Shown here piece after piece: positions 13,862 to 27,100 of a stretch of DNA of 64,000 bases. Below the pieces are notes generated by a model, which saw only the letters and a program-made list of their open reading frames with translations, had not been told where the DNA came from and ran no database searches. The DNA is taken from contig CM022672.1 of the NCBI GenBank assembly GCA_012295275.1, forward strand, positions 12,958,001-13,022,000, in the 5' to 3' direction. Numbering within the stretch: position 1 is the stretch's first letter; each line of letters starts with the position of its first letter. This stretch comes from Chrysomallon squamiferum. Its lineage: Eukaryota > Animalia > Mollusca. The translations under genes were made by a program, and so were the position numbers.

Positions 13862-16800
13862 CATTGTGGGGGATGTTAGCTTAATTGTTGTTTCTCTGCA
13901 AGCAACATATTAACTTGTGATTCTTTAACTTTTAGGTTTATATAGAGGACTAGGTGAATTTGATATTTCATCATGATGACAATTAGCTATTTCCACTTTT
14001 TTTGTTGCTTCATAGGATTCTGGATTTTATTTTATTATTATTATTAATCCTAAAGAAACTATCCAAAGTATCAAAGAAAAACTAAAAAACTGCCTAAACA
14101 TACATTTAAAAATTAGAGAAAAAAAAAAAAAAACTTGTTTAAAAAGCCAACTACCACATGACGACTATCTATTACATGACTACTACATTACTTCAGATAC
14201 CTTCATTGCCAAGTCGTCCCCAATGCAAGCTACCATTTCTCCATGACATGCTACGACTTTGGATATTTGCCCGATTGACGGGAGCAAGGGACACACGTCT
14301 GGCAGCCAGGTTAATTTCTTCTTGTGTTGCTAGTGTGGTAGGAAAGCAGTGCAAATTACACAAGCATACATGTAGGTCCTGTGAGAACGATCGACACACG
14401 ACTGTGTAGTTGTCGACCAGTCACACAGCACCACAAACAAGAGTACAGGTTATTCATACAGCGACACCATGACAACAAGGGGAAAAATTAATAATAAACA
14501 AAGTACAATCTGCTTACTATTTTTGTTCAAATTACAGGATAATAATTTTTTTTTTTAAATGTCATTTAAAAAGGATAAACAGATATGCAGTAATTTTCTT
14601 CATTGGTTATTTTCTTCCTTTTTTTTTTTCTTCTTTATTTCTCCCATCCATTATATTATTTTCTTTCTTTTTATTCTTCTCCTTTAATTCTTTCTGTTTC
14701 TTCATTTATTTAAATATTTTGATTTTTGTTTAATTTCCTAAACATATAATACATTAAGATACACAGAAAATAAAATCTATTTTCAAAAAAAGTTGCAAAA
14801 AAGTGAGATTTTATAATTAAATCATTTTGTCAAGTTATCTAACAGTAAAAACAAATAACAAAAACACCTGTCATCATGGTATCGCAGACATTAAAAGGTT
14901 AATAGAAGGTTAGATCGCATGTCTGAACATTTACTCAGTGCTGAGGGACGTGTCACAACAGCAGAGTGAAACCAGGGAATGGGGCACACAAAAATGCCAC
15001 AAAAGAGCATGCACCTTAATCACACAGGTAGGTAAATATACATTGTTGTTTTCCCATTACAACTTCAACTCACATTTTGTTTTAAAAATCATAAATTACT
15101 TTAATTCTTGCTTCAGTTATCAGTTAAAAACAAATTTTAAACATATATTCTTCAATTTGAATTAAATTTTAAAAATGAAAAGTTCATATTAAATGTATTT
15201 TTAATTTAATTGTGATAGTTGTTTGAGTAAATGAAAATGTAAAAAAAAAAGAATTTGTAAGAAGTCGATGATACATTGAGAAAATGTCCTGCACACTGTG
15301 TTAATATTCAGACATGTGTATTTGGAAAACAACAAATGGTGATTTGTTATAAAAATTGTAAAAATATCAAAAACTACTACAGCATCAGAAGTAAGTAATT
15401 CCTCTAATTTCAATTTTGATTATTATACTTTTGTAGGATCATGTGCAAGTACAAATGTAATAAAATTTCTAAAATACTATTTCATTTCACAATGCAATAA
15501 CAAAATGTAGTATTAAAATCTAATTCAAAATTATGATGAAACTGCTCAATATTTCTAAAACAAAACTTTAAAAAATGAAAATAAAAGTAACTTCCATTTT
15601 CAGATAGCCAATAGTAATATTACTTTTCTCATTCACATAAATTTGTAATGGCTGTAGGATACACATACATTATGCAACATTAATAAACAACAAAATTAAA
15701 GCAATAGTCGCTTGAAACTTTTGATTTAATGAATTAAATTTAGTTCCAAAGAGATTCTTTAAAACCAGAATGTTGCTTTTTTGTTACATACATTATTCAT
15801 ATTATTAATATTTACATTATGTTATTATTATTATTATTATTATTAATATTATTATTATTATTATTTTATAACTTTGACTATTGCTTTTCTAACAGGCAGC
15901 ACCATCTGACTTCCCAGCATGAGGTGGTTGTGTTCGAAATGCCATAACCAACCACATCTGGCCTCACTTAACAACATGTAAACAAGTACAACCATAATAA
16001 AAGTTTGTTGTGTAAACAAATGTTCGTGCATACCACAAGTTTACTGATGAATTATATTGATTGGGCTTCATTTATAATTTCTTTTTTTTCTCTCTCTCTC
16101 TTATTAAAACGTATCTTTTATTTTTGTAAAGTATCTGGTGACAATCTTAAAACTTAGTTTAAATCATATATATCATATTATTATTGGATGAACTTTTGTT
16201 TCTTTTACCCATTCTTTTTATCAACAAATACAGAAACCCTTTCTGTTTTTATTTCTCAAAGTTTTTTTTTTTACTGTTTTCTACGTTTTAACCTATTTTG
16301 AACTTTTATGACCCAAAACATTACTGAATTCTTGTTTGTAACTGAAAGTATTGATTTTTTTTCATACTGCCCATGTTAATTTCATTAAATGCAAGATGCC
16401 ATCAATGATAATGTTAGTAACTAATTTAGCATCACTTTACATAACTGACAGGTAAAATTTATAAGCTTTAAATGCTGTTTTTCTTTCCTCATTATTTTAT
16501 TCTGCTTTTTTATATAAATTAATTTTGGGGACAGCCTTAAAACATCTGTGTATCATTTAGTTTAATTATTAAATGAAATTCTGCTCCAGGTAATAAAATA
16601 TTTTTATAAATTTTATTCTGTTAAAATGTGATGAAACATGCATAAATGGACACTAAATGTGCTGAGAAAAATGGTCAGAGAATTCATGTCTTTGTGTCAA
16701 ATTTATTTCAATATCCTAATAATCTTAAAATATGAGACCATTTAGTTAGTAAAAATCATTTAGTTTTAAAAGGAATATTAACCAATATTACCAAAAAAAT

Positions 16801-19800
16801 AATAACTAACTGTTGGAAATGGAAGAAAACAATATAATTAAATTTTTCAAAACAGTTTTGTGTCGGCATTTTAATCAAAATTAAATAAATTGTCTGTAAA
16901 TGAAACAGCAGTTGAAGCTTTAAAATTTAGCTCTATAATCTACACATCAGTTGTTAGCCATGACTACCTACTTCTATACTAACCTAACTACTTCTGTATG
17001 TCTACCAATGCCAAGAAGAACTGTCCTTTATTCTCAAAAAATATTTAAATTATAATTTGTTTTACCTCTGTAAGAATGTTATTCATGCAATTTGATAAAA
17101 ATAATAATAAAAAATCTATAAATCTACTTAAAAACCCTTTTGAGGTTATGAAAATATAGAAAATAAAAGAAAAAGTCTTGTTAGCGCCACCAAAGAAGAT
17201 TATCATACTACTTAAACATAATTTCATATATGTACAAGTGCCACAACTGTATACTTATTTTCTTTCTCAGTTACTTGATCTTACTTTTTTTTTTTTAATT
17301 CTTTTATTTCTTATTTCTTTAAATTATTTCCAACACTACTACTACAAATTTTTTTTTTTAAATAATACAAATCACATATATTATTTTGTATATATATGTA
17401 AACAAATTATGATTTATCACTACACTTGTGACACCAGTTATATACTCTAACACCTATCAGTTTGATTCAGTAGCAGCTCAGTTTGAAAAGATAAGGGACA
17501 TTTTCCTTGGCAAGTAGACGGCGCTGCTACTGTTATTATTGTTAAGTGACTGACATGATCCCCTGTAGCCGTGGAAATGCATTCGTTCCTGAGCTTCAAC
17601 CTTTGTACCTTCCTCATGATCTTCTGTTGCGTGGTGCAGTGCAGGCTCGTACGCAGCCAGCTGAGTGACCGGTACGGATGTCATGGGGAAGTTCTCCCGA
17701 CCAATGCGTTTCCGCTCTTCCTCTGCCTGGAAAGCCCTGCGAATCATCTCCTGCTGCTGCTTGCGTCTGGTCGTGGTAGCTGTTACCAAGGATTTCTGAT
17801 AATAAAACATGGACGTTATTAACGCATGACATTTAGTTTTTGCAAATAATAAAATTTAAAAAAAAAGTAAATTTAGTTCTTAAATAATTATGTTTTAAGA
17901 AAAGCTGTCTTGTTAAAAATAAAAAAAGTTCGGTTTCTGAAGCAAATTTGAATATAATCTCAAACAAAACAATCTGCTATATAGCATCTGTGATTGTTTA
18001 ATGAATATTTGCAAACTTTATGGAACCATAGTTGATTCCAATCATTAAAACAAAGCTTTTCAGTGTGTGATGCACAAATCATAAATAAACTTACAGAATC
18101 TTCCAGGTTCAAAGTGACTTCCTCAATTTTGGCTTTGAAATGAGGCATCCAGGGAGGATCGACAACTGTCAGATTGGGTAGACCAATTGTAGGCGATGGC
18201 AAAGTGAAGTCAATCCCTGGTGGAGGTACCTGTTGTAATCATCAATATTTAAAATTGTCATTCTAAATCATGATTTACATTAATTAACTATCAAAAGCAG
18301 AATCTCCAGTTTTATTTGCTCTAAAAAAACAAATTGTTTTAAATAATGTCTTTCTTTAATAATTTATATTAAAGCATGAGAAACAATTCTGTTTTAAACA
18401 AAAAACAGGAGAATTATGAAATTACTATACTTATAAATCATGTGCTTCCTTGATGTGAACACACAAATATGAAGTCAATGAACATTTTTACCTGTCATAT
18501 TTAAACTGAATACTGACTGTCAAGAGTATAACCAATCAAAACAATGTGTACAAACACTCCACAATTATTAAATCTTTTACATAACAAACAAAAACAAAAA
18601 AAGAAGAAAAAGTAATTTTACCTTAAATAACATGTTGGCACCATCTTCCATTCTTGGCCACACCTGATATCGGAACCTCCACAAAGCTCCAAATCTAACA
18701 GTAAGCAAATAATTATTTGGTTAAAATCATAATTAAGTGTCTATGAACTGAACAGTGTTACCTCTTATCACTATATAATAAATAAATGGAATGTATATTT
18801 TTTAAAAACAACAAAACTCATTTTCAAAGGTATCAGATTTTGTTTTTCATATTTTATGCTGCAACTGTGGTGTCTCTATAGACTAATATTTTAAATGCCA
18901 AGTAACTTTTGGCAACAATAAATAAAATTAGTTATATATTAAAAACACTTTTTATTAAGAATTTTATTTATTTTTACTTTGCTGTTGTTGGTTATTTTAT
19001 TTGCAAATTACTTATTTTTACACTAATAGATGAAACTAATATATATATATATATATATATATCTCTCTCTCCCTCCCTCCCTCCCTGATTAATCTTTAGC
19101 TAACAATATTTAAATCCTGTTATGAGATTAGTCTCCATGTTAGCTATTTTACAATGCATACCTGCAAATACAAGTTCCATTTAGATATGTGTCACAACAT
19201 AATGGCCTGACTGCAGAAAGCAGTTCCAGTATCAGTCATCATTTAATTTTCAAATGACACCAAAATCAAAAACATTTGGTGTAATAAATATTTATCTTAC
19301 TTGAGAATGGCATTGATTCTCTGACTGGTCTCTTCATGTTGCAGCTCTTTCACCATCATGTTACGTGCTTTATCTGGTGACTTCACTGATGACAGCAAGA
19401 AAACTGTGGCTACAAGTCACAAAAATCAAACAACTTGTAATAATAGTTAATAATAATCATCATCATCATCATCATCATCATTATTATTATTATTAATTTT
19501 AAATTCAAAACATTTTTGGTAGTAAAACTAAGATACAGATCGGAGAACATTCTATAAGTCTTGATAAAATGTTCCTTCAGGAGCAACAATTCACTAGATC
19601 TATTTTCCTCGGTACATCCACACTGTTATTTCCTAATTCAGACAAAGCCATGCAGTCAATGCCAAAATCATTGCTTTACAACCTACTGGAAAATTCTTAC
19701 AGAAGATCCATTCTGTGGTCTGGTAACATCAATTTTAATAACCTTTAAAATAAATATCTCTGAACTATCAAAAAGGAAACATTCTTTCATTTATACATCC

Positions 19801-22800
19801 ACACAAACATACAAAGTTCCTAAGTCTGTATTGTTATTTATTATCACTGTGATTAGTTGTTTTACCAGCAGCTGCAGCAAGTTCCTGGTCACATTCCAGA
19901 AGAAGTTCCCAGGCAACAGGCATGATGTCAATGAAGTTTTCCACTCTTAAAACAGGAGCTGCCTTTGTAAGTATAGCCATTGGGCACTGAGTGAGTCGCT
20001 GAGCCTGCAGAAATACAAATATAACAACACTAAAGCTTTACCCCCAAATCATGAGCTGTATAATGTTTTAATTGTGATTTTTATTTATTTATTTTTAATT
20101 TTTTTCTAAACATATTTCTAACTTTATAAATAATATTCCATTTTCTTTACATTTTCAAGAAAAAAAAATTATAATTAACCTTTTCACATGATGTTTTGAT
20201 GTTATTTTTTATTTATTTTATTTATTTATTTATAATTTATTTATTTATTTATATTTATTTGAACTTTATTATTTTCATTAAAATCATTAAAACAGATGTG
20301 TTTTATTGATCATATAAGGCAACCATTGTGAAAATCATAAGAGGATAATCTTTTAAATACAAACTGGTTAAAAATGAAAAAGAAGAAAGAAAGAAAGAAA
20401 TGTAATGGATGGCAGAAGATAGGAAAAATACACATGGCAGACTAATGAAATTGAACTAAATGACGAGACTGATGGATGGAAAGATGGATGGATGGGATAT
20501 AATGGGATATTTAGATGGATGGATGGATGGATGGATGGATGGATGAATGGATGGATGGTATGGGATGGGATGGGAAGGGTGAATGGATGGACCTATTATT
20601 GAGATTAGATTAATTTGATGATTTATTCTAAAGGTGAACAGACAAATGGACAGACACTGTGAAAGAATACTTTGACAGATAAAAAAAAGTACGGTTGGAT
20701 GGAAAGACTCAGATATGGACAGACAACCTGTGATGTGAGGTATTTCAGTATTGGTGGGTCATCCTTGACCTCCTTTGGTTGTTCCTCTTTCTTCCAGGTG
20801 GTGTTCAACTTGAGTTTTGTGATGGACACGTCAGTTTTGATTTTTTCAAGCAGTGGAGTACTCTCTCTTCTTCGAACCGGTGATGATATCTGGAAGATGG
20901 ATTCCTGTTGAAAAATAAGTCAAATGCTTCCTAAACTACTTAAGCTACAAGGTAGTGGATGCAGGAGGTGGCAGCACAGGTTAATATGGTAAATCATTAT
21001 ATTTTACAACACACATGCAAACGAACAATATTTATTTTATTTTTAAATGTTACATTTTTATGTAACAGTGTTTTGGTTTGACATCTTGCTCATGGAAACA
21101 AAATTATAATTATTTAAACAATTTTATTTTGTTATTAATTTTTTTTATCTACTTTATAAAATTGGTGTATTTTGACTAATTACAACTTTTTTTTTTTTAA
21201 ATTCTTTTTTACAAAATTCAATATCTGCTGCACAAACATTTAATGTACCTCTGGGTTACTTTTTTATTATGCTAAAATATAACTTTATTTTTCACATATA
21301 GTTTTATATTTAATCTAGGTAAAACATTCAACAGAAGAATACTAGTAGCCACTGATGTGAAATGGATACATGGCAAATGAATAAATGTTTATATTATTTG
21401 AAAACTTATTTTCAGTTATTTATTATTATGGAAGCCTAAATGATTAAAAGAGTTTTTCTTAAAATTAAAAAAAATTTAACAACAAATTAACTTTATTAGT
21501 AATGCACTATACATGTCTATTATATTTAACATTAAAACTATGCTAATTAACTACTATTCTAAAATGGTAAAAATAAAAATTGAACATGCAAACTAGCATT
21601 TCAGGTGTTGTACTATAATGCAAAGTAATGATAAATTCGTAAAGCTGCATACAAATATAATAAGGGACTATATTTTGTGTCAAACTTTTGAGTTTTAACA
21701 CAAGCAGTTGGTGGTTAATTAAAGCACTACTCAATCTCTAATTTTATTTAACATTATAAAGATGAAAGAAACAAAATATCACTAAAAAAAATGTTTTCTT
21801 GGAATCCATATTCAAATGATCTTTTTTTCTATCTAAAATACCAGAACTATTTGTAATATTCTGTTCTTAACTAATAAAATAGTCTACTATGAGAACTTTC
21901 ATTTCATAAAGAAAAAGTAAATGAATAAAAATATCACTGATATTCAACAACAGTCTATTTTCTCTAAAAAACAACAACAAATAAACAATAATAAACAAAT
22001 AAATAAATACCAAATTATTAGTTTAAAATATATATGTAGCAAGAAATAATTAAATAAATCTGTTAAGAATATAATGTAACAAGAAATTTTTCATTTTGGT
22101 ATTGTTTCATATTATCAGTATTATTTGAAATTATTTTTGACTATTTTTTCCAATGGAATCACTGATTAATTCTGTTGTTTTTTGTGGATTTTTTGTTAAT
22201 TCAAAACCAGGAGCATACGCATCTATTCAGCATGCACACATACCCTTCTTTTCAGCTTCTCTCTGAGGTTATCTTTTTTATTTTCTGACTTCTGAACTTC
22301 CACTTTTTCTTCCTCTGTTGCCTCATACACTTTTCTCAGTGCTGTGATAAGACGTGAACAGCTTCGACGCTGTCTTTCGTAGCAGTTGGGATGACAGTAG
22401 TTGTCATGGTTACAGATGAAATTTGACAGATTGGCTAGCTGAATTACCACCTGAAATAAAACAGTCAATAGACATTTTTCAGTTTTTTATATTTTCTTAA
22501 GATGTTGATTAATCTTAAATTTAAGACATTAAGAGATAATTGTGGAATATAAAATATCTGTTCTATTTGTTTTTTGACTTCTACAACAAATAAATATTTT
22601 TATTTTGTGATTTATTCAGAAGACCTATTTTGTTTTCAAATCAGATATTATTTTTGAAATGTCTTATTTTCCTTCATTTTCTTATTATGTTCAATTGCAA
22701 ATAATAATAAAAATAATTTAAAAAAAATAAATAAAAAAAAATATACTTTTTTTAAAAACAAACACACAAATGAGTCTATAAAAAAGAAAAATAATAGGAA

Positions 22801-24134
22801 GTAAAAACTTGCCTTGATCCATGGTAGATTGGTATACAACTGTTCGTCTTCAATTTCTTGTTCTTTTTCTCCAGGACTCTCCTGTGTGTCATCACTCATC
22901 ATCATCACAGATTCTGTGTCTTCTACTGTTGGTTCCTCCTCCACAAACTTACTTTCAGACTGCAGGGACTGGCTGCTCACTTTTCTAGACCTAATACTGC
23001 CCATCTGTTTTATGCCTGAAATATCACATAACAGAGTTAAGATATAATTTTGAAAACTTTATATTATTTTTGAAATTTGTATAGGTCTGACTGCTAACTT
23101 TTCTAATCTGAATAGCAGACATCTGTTTTATCCCCAAAATACCTGACAGAAAAATATAACCAAACTTATTACATTAAAAACCAGATAGGAAAATTAATAA
23201 AAATCGTAAGAGAAACCAGTTTTAATTTCCAATCAGAGAAAACTGGTTAAAAATGAGATATTAATTTGTAAATTTAGATATATTTACGTACTTCCCCCTC
23301 CTCCTTCAGGTCTCTTCAGCTTGAAACTGCGATTATGTCTGAAACTAGAATTGTGTTGTCCTGATCCGCGTCTGAAATGACGCAGCAATTTTTGCCGTCC
23401 TTGAGCTAGTCTGCGACCTGTTATAATGAAATCAAAATTGTTTTAGAACCTTTTTTTTTTTGAATAATGTTTACAAACGACACTTTGGTTTTAAGGTAAT
23501 AAGATAACAAATAACACAGCATGTAAAAAAAAAAATAAAAATAAAAAAAGAGAGTAAAAATATGATACATTTGAGACATTTAAACATCATAAAAAAAGCA
23601 CCTGCAATCTTTAATGAGATTCTTTGTCAGTTATTGTGATTATAAATTACTTTGCTTTTTATCAAAACACAATATTATTTATATTTTGATGACAAGAAAA
23701 AAAATAAATTGGCTTAATGAAAAATGAAATTCCAAAATCTTTTTAAGTGTGAAAAATTGTAATGATCTTGCCTATTTTTAAAAATATTACTGGTGTGAAA
23801 TTTTATTTTTGTGCAACTGAACAACAGAAAGAAAAAAAGAAAGAAATAGGCCATTTTAATAATTTAAATTTTTTTTTATATTTTACCCCTCTCCTTTTTC
23901 TCATCAGTCTGTCCAGGATCTAACACAGAGATTGATGTTGTACTGCTGTGAAATGAGTCAGATCTCTCTGTTAGCACTGCAAAACTAATTTTCCTGTCTC
24001 CTGGACTGCCAACTTAAAAAAACAAAAGTAATATTAATTATTAGTTATAATTATGGGGTTTGTTTCACCAAAAAATTGCACATTTGTTGAATAGAAATCA
24101 CTAATATATCAATTTTTTAATATATATATATATA

Positions 24135-24177
<43 letters not shown>

Positions 24178-27100
24178 ATTACTTTATATATATTTTTTTT
24201 TTTTTTTTTTACCTGGATTTTTCAAGTCATACCATATTGTGTGTAAATTTGATTTGTTTAAATTAAATTCATTTGTTCTGATATATCACACTTCCTTCAA
24301 ACAATCTTAAAATAATTTTAACAATGAATATTCCTATCAAGACAAAATTCTTTTGCAAACTTCTTTTACACTTCTGGCTTTATTTTCACTCACACCATGA
24401 CTTAATTAATTCACAGTAGCTAATTTCTGTCAGAGAAAGCTGATATTACCTGTACTCTGCTGCAACTCAGCAACATTACTTTCAGAACTTTTATCTGAGT
24501 GACCTGGACTGCTGACAATACTACTGAAACGTCGGGATGTCATTGTTTTCTCCCACAAGTGCTCCCTCTTCTGGGCACGTGACTTGGGCAAATACTGAAA
24601 TGTCTCTCTCAAAAATGTGGTTATTTCCAAGAGGACAAGACAAGCCAACATTTTAAGAGCATAAGGACATTCTCTTCCACTGTGGTTGACAGAAGCTGAA
24701 AAAATCATTAATATAAGAAATTTCTTTTTAACTAAAAAATCCCTCCAACCCAACTGCTGTTTGGAAATATTGTCAAGATAGCTCTGGACTATTTAATGCT
24801 CTGCTGCAAATTATTTTTCAGTATGGTTAAAATCCTGAGTTCAAAACATGTTAACAATAAAAACTGTTGAAAAAAATATTTTTCCCTACCATTTGTTTTG
24901 CCATGGTAAATTCTGATAATTATCTAAGATAAACTGGTCAAATAAAAGTTCTAACATTACATAAAATTAATTAAAATATCAGTTTTCTAAATTCTCCTTA
25001 AATGATATAAAAGATGTTTTTCAAACATTGCTTTCAGAGAATAGTAAATATCCTGATTTTTCTGAACAGGAGGTAATTTGTTATTTATCAGAAATACTCT
25101 GAATTCATCAAGCATAAGAGCATTTTTATGGATAAGATAGTGAGAAGACAATGTTTGATGCTTATTGCCAAATTTTTGTTTGAAATTACCTTCATCAAGA
25201 AAATCTTCTTCTTCATCTTCTGTTCTGAGTTCTTTCTTCTTTGCTTCATCCTTGATATCATTGATTATGTCGAGTTTATCTGTGTGTTCCTTAGCCAAAA
25301 TATATTCCATTTGATTGCCTAGATTCTGCCAAAACAAATATTACAAATGTTTATAAATTAAAACTAAAGCAAATATGTCAAGTATACTGAACTTATACTT
25401 TCATACCAAATAATAATAATAAAACATGGGTTATAACATCTACCAACTCATTATTAAAGTAGTAGACATAATTTTTATAATTATATAAAATATAGTTTGT
25501 AATAAAACAAGACAATTGATAATATTAACTATTTGAATATGCTCTCTTAAAAGGAAAAAATAAGAAATATTATATTCCAATAATGTATAATGTATCTTCC
25601 TAAACATTATCACAACTTTTCTAATCTGGAAAGTTTGGACACTGCAGATATTAAATGAAATGGATTAATAACTGACATGGAGATAAATTATGAAATTAGC
25701 TGCACAAATCTACAAACCTCTGCCCAAGAATAGAAAAGTCTTCCTGCAGCTCTCTGCAACATGAGATTTCTCCTGTATCCTGATGGTTGTCCCCGGTTCT
25801 GAAGTGCAGACACAGTGTAGCGGAAGCTCGGCAAGTTCAGCTTCATCCAGTTAGGCCAGTCTCCACGGTTACAGCGATGAATGAACTGGGAACACTCTAG
25901 CAGCACAGAAGCTCTTGCAGCAACTGGTGCTTCCTGAATTAATAGATATAAATATGACTATTACTGGAAAACAAGCATTGTGACACTTTCAAAACAGTCG
26001 TTATTATACTAAATGTGCATAAACATTTGGGTTTTCTTTATCTAAACCATCTGAGCTTTTTATTAAACATTTTATACAGACAAGTTTTACAAACAGGCTG
26101 CATACATGAAACTTAATTCTATCATTTATAATGAAAGAGAGGAAAATGTCGGTAATTTTGAAGTTAAAACTCACTAAATCTAACATGGCAGCCACAAGAT
26201 GAGGATCAGGGAAGGATCCAGGATGACAACATTCAAGTAAGAATGAAAAGCGCAGCATTCCAGATTTTATTATGTATTTGTCAACAAGCTTCTTTTCACG
26301 GATAAGCGGAATGGCAGTTTCACGAGTCATTCCAGTTTTTGGACAACGAATATCTGAAACAAAAATTATAATTGTTAACATAATGTAACAAATTGAAATA
26401 ACAGTGACAAGAAAATTATTATTATTTCAATATACTGTGTAAAAAAAAAAAAAAAAAAAAATTTATAGAACTCTTACTTGTATGATAATATTAAAATATT
26501 AAAAATGTTATATATCTATAGTTAAGTGGAAATACAAACATATTCAGAGGCAGATCAAATTCTTTTTTTTTTCAATTTTTTTTTAATCTTTCATGTATCT
26601 AGGTTACAGAATGTGAAATGTGATTTCTGTTATACATGCTGTTTTTATAATTACCCAGACAGATTTTTATGTTTTCTTTTTAAACTGAATACAGATGAAA
26701 TTTTATTCATACAACTCTCACTTAAACCTGAAAGAACTTGAAATTTTCTGCTAAATAACACATTTGAATTTGATTATATTTATTCCAATTACCATCAACA
26801 CTGTCTCGTCTGGTTATTCGCTTTCCCATTGTTTTTGTGCCGTCTTCGCATCTTTTCCTTGCACTAAGGAAAGTCAAGGTTGCGTGACTGGCAGCTTTGA
26901 AAGACATTCGGCCCCTGCGCTGGTGGACATGCATCTCACTCTTGCTTTCTCGCCTGTCTAGAGGAGGAGGCTCATTTGGTCCATCGTCCTCATGATCTGA
27001 GCGAGTTGCTCTTCTCCATCCTAGAAACCAGTTTACATTTTCTTTTATTTCAATATATCATTCTTCATTTCTTATGGATATTTTGTTGTCAGATGTTATT

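Noticed and set aside
14190-14200. Donor GTATCTGAA as a possible U12 site
   Set aside because: Lacks RTATCCTT, and the downstream acceptor has no CCTTAAC branch; ordinary U2 donor.
17478-17480. TGA as selenocysteine or programmed readthrough
   Set aside because: No SECIS seen, context is not TGA-CTA, and further stops follow after six codons.
21341-21620. Further microexon candidates in unc-80 intron 20 (e.g. catcag|TGGCTACTA|gtattc)
   Set aside because: Donors are poor and most candidate lengths break frame; not supportable without RNA data.
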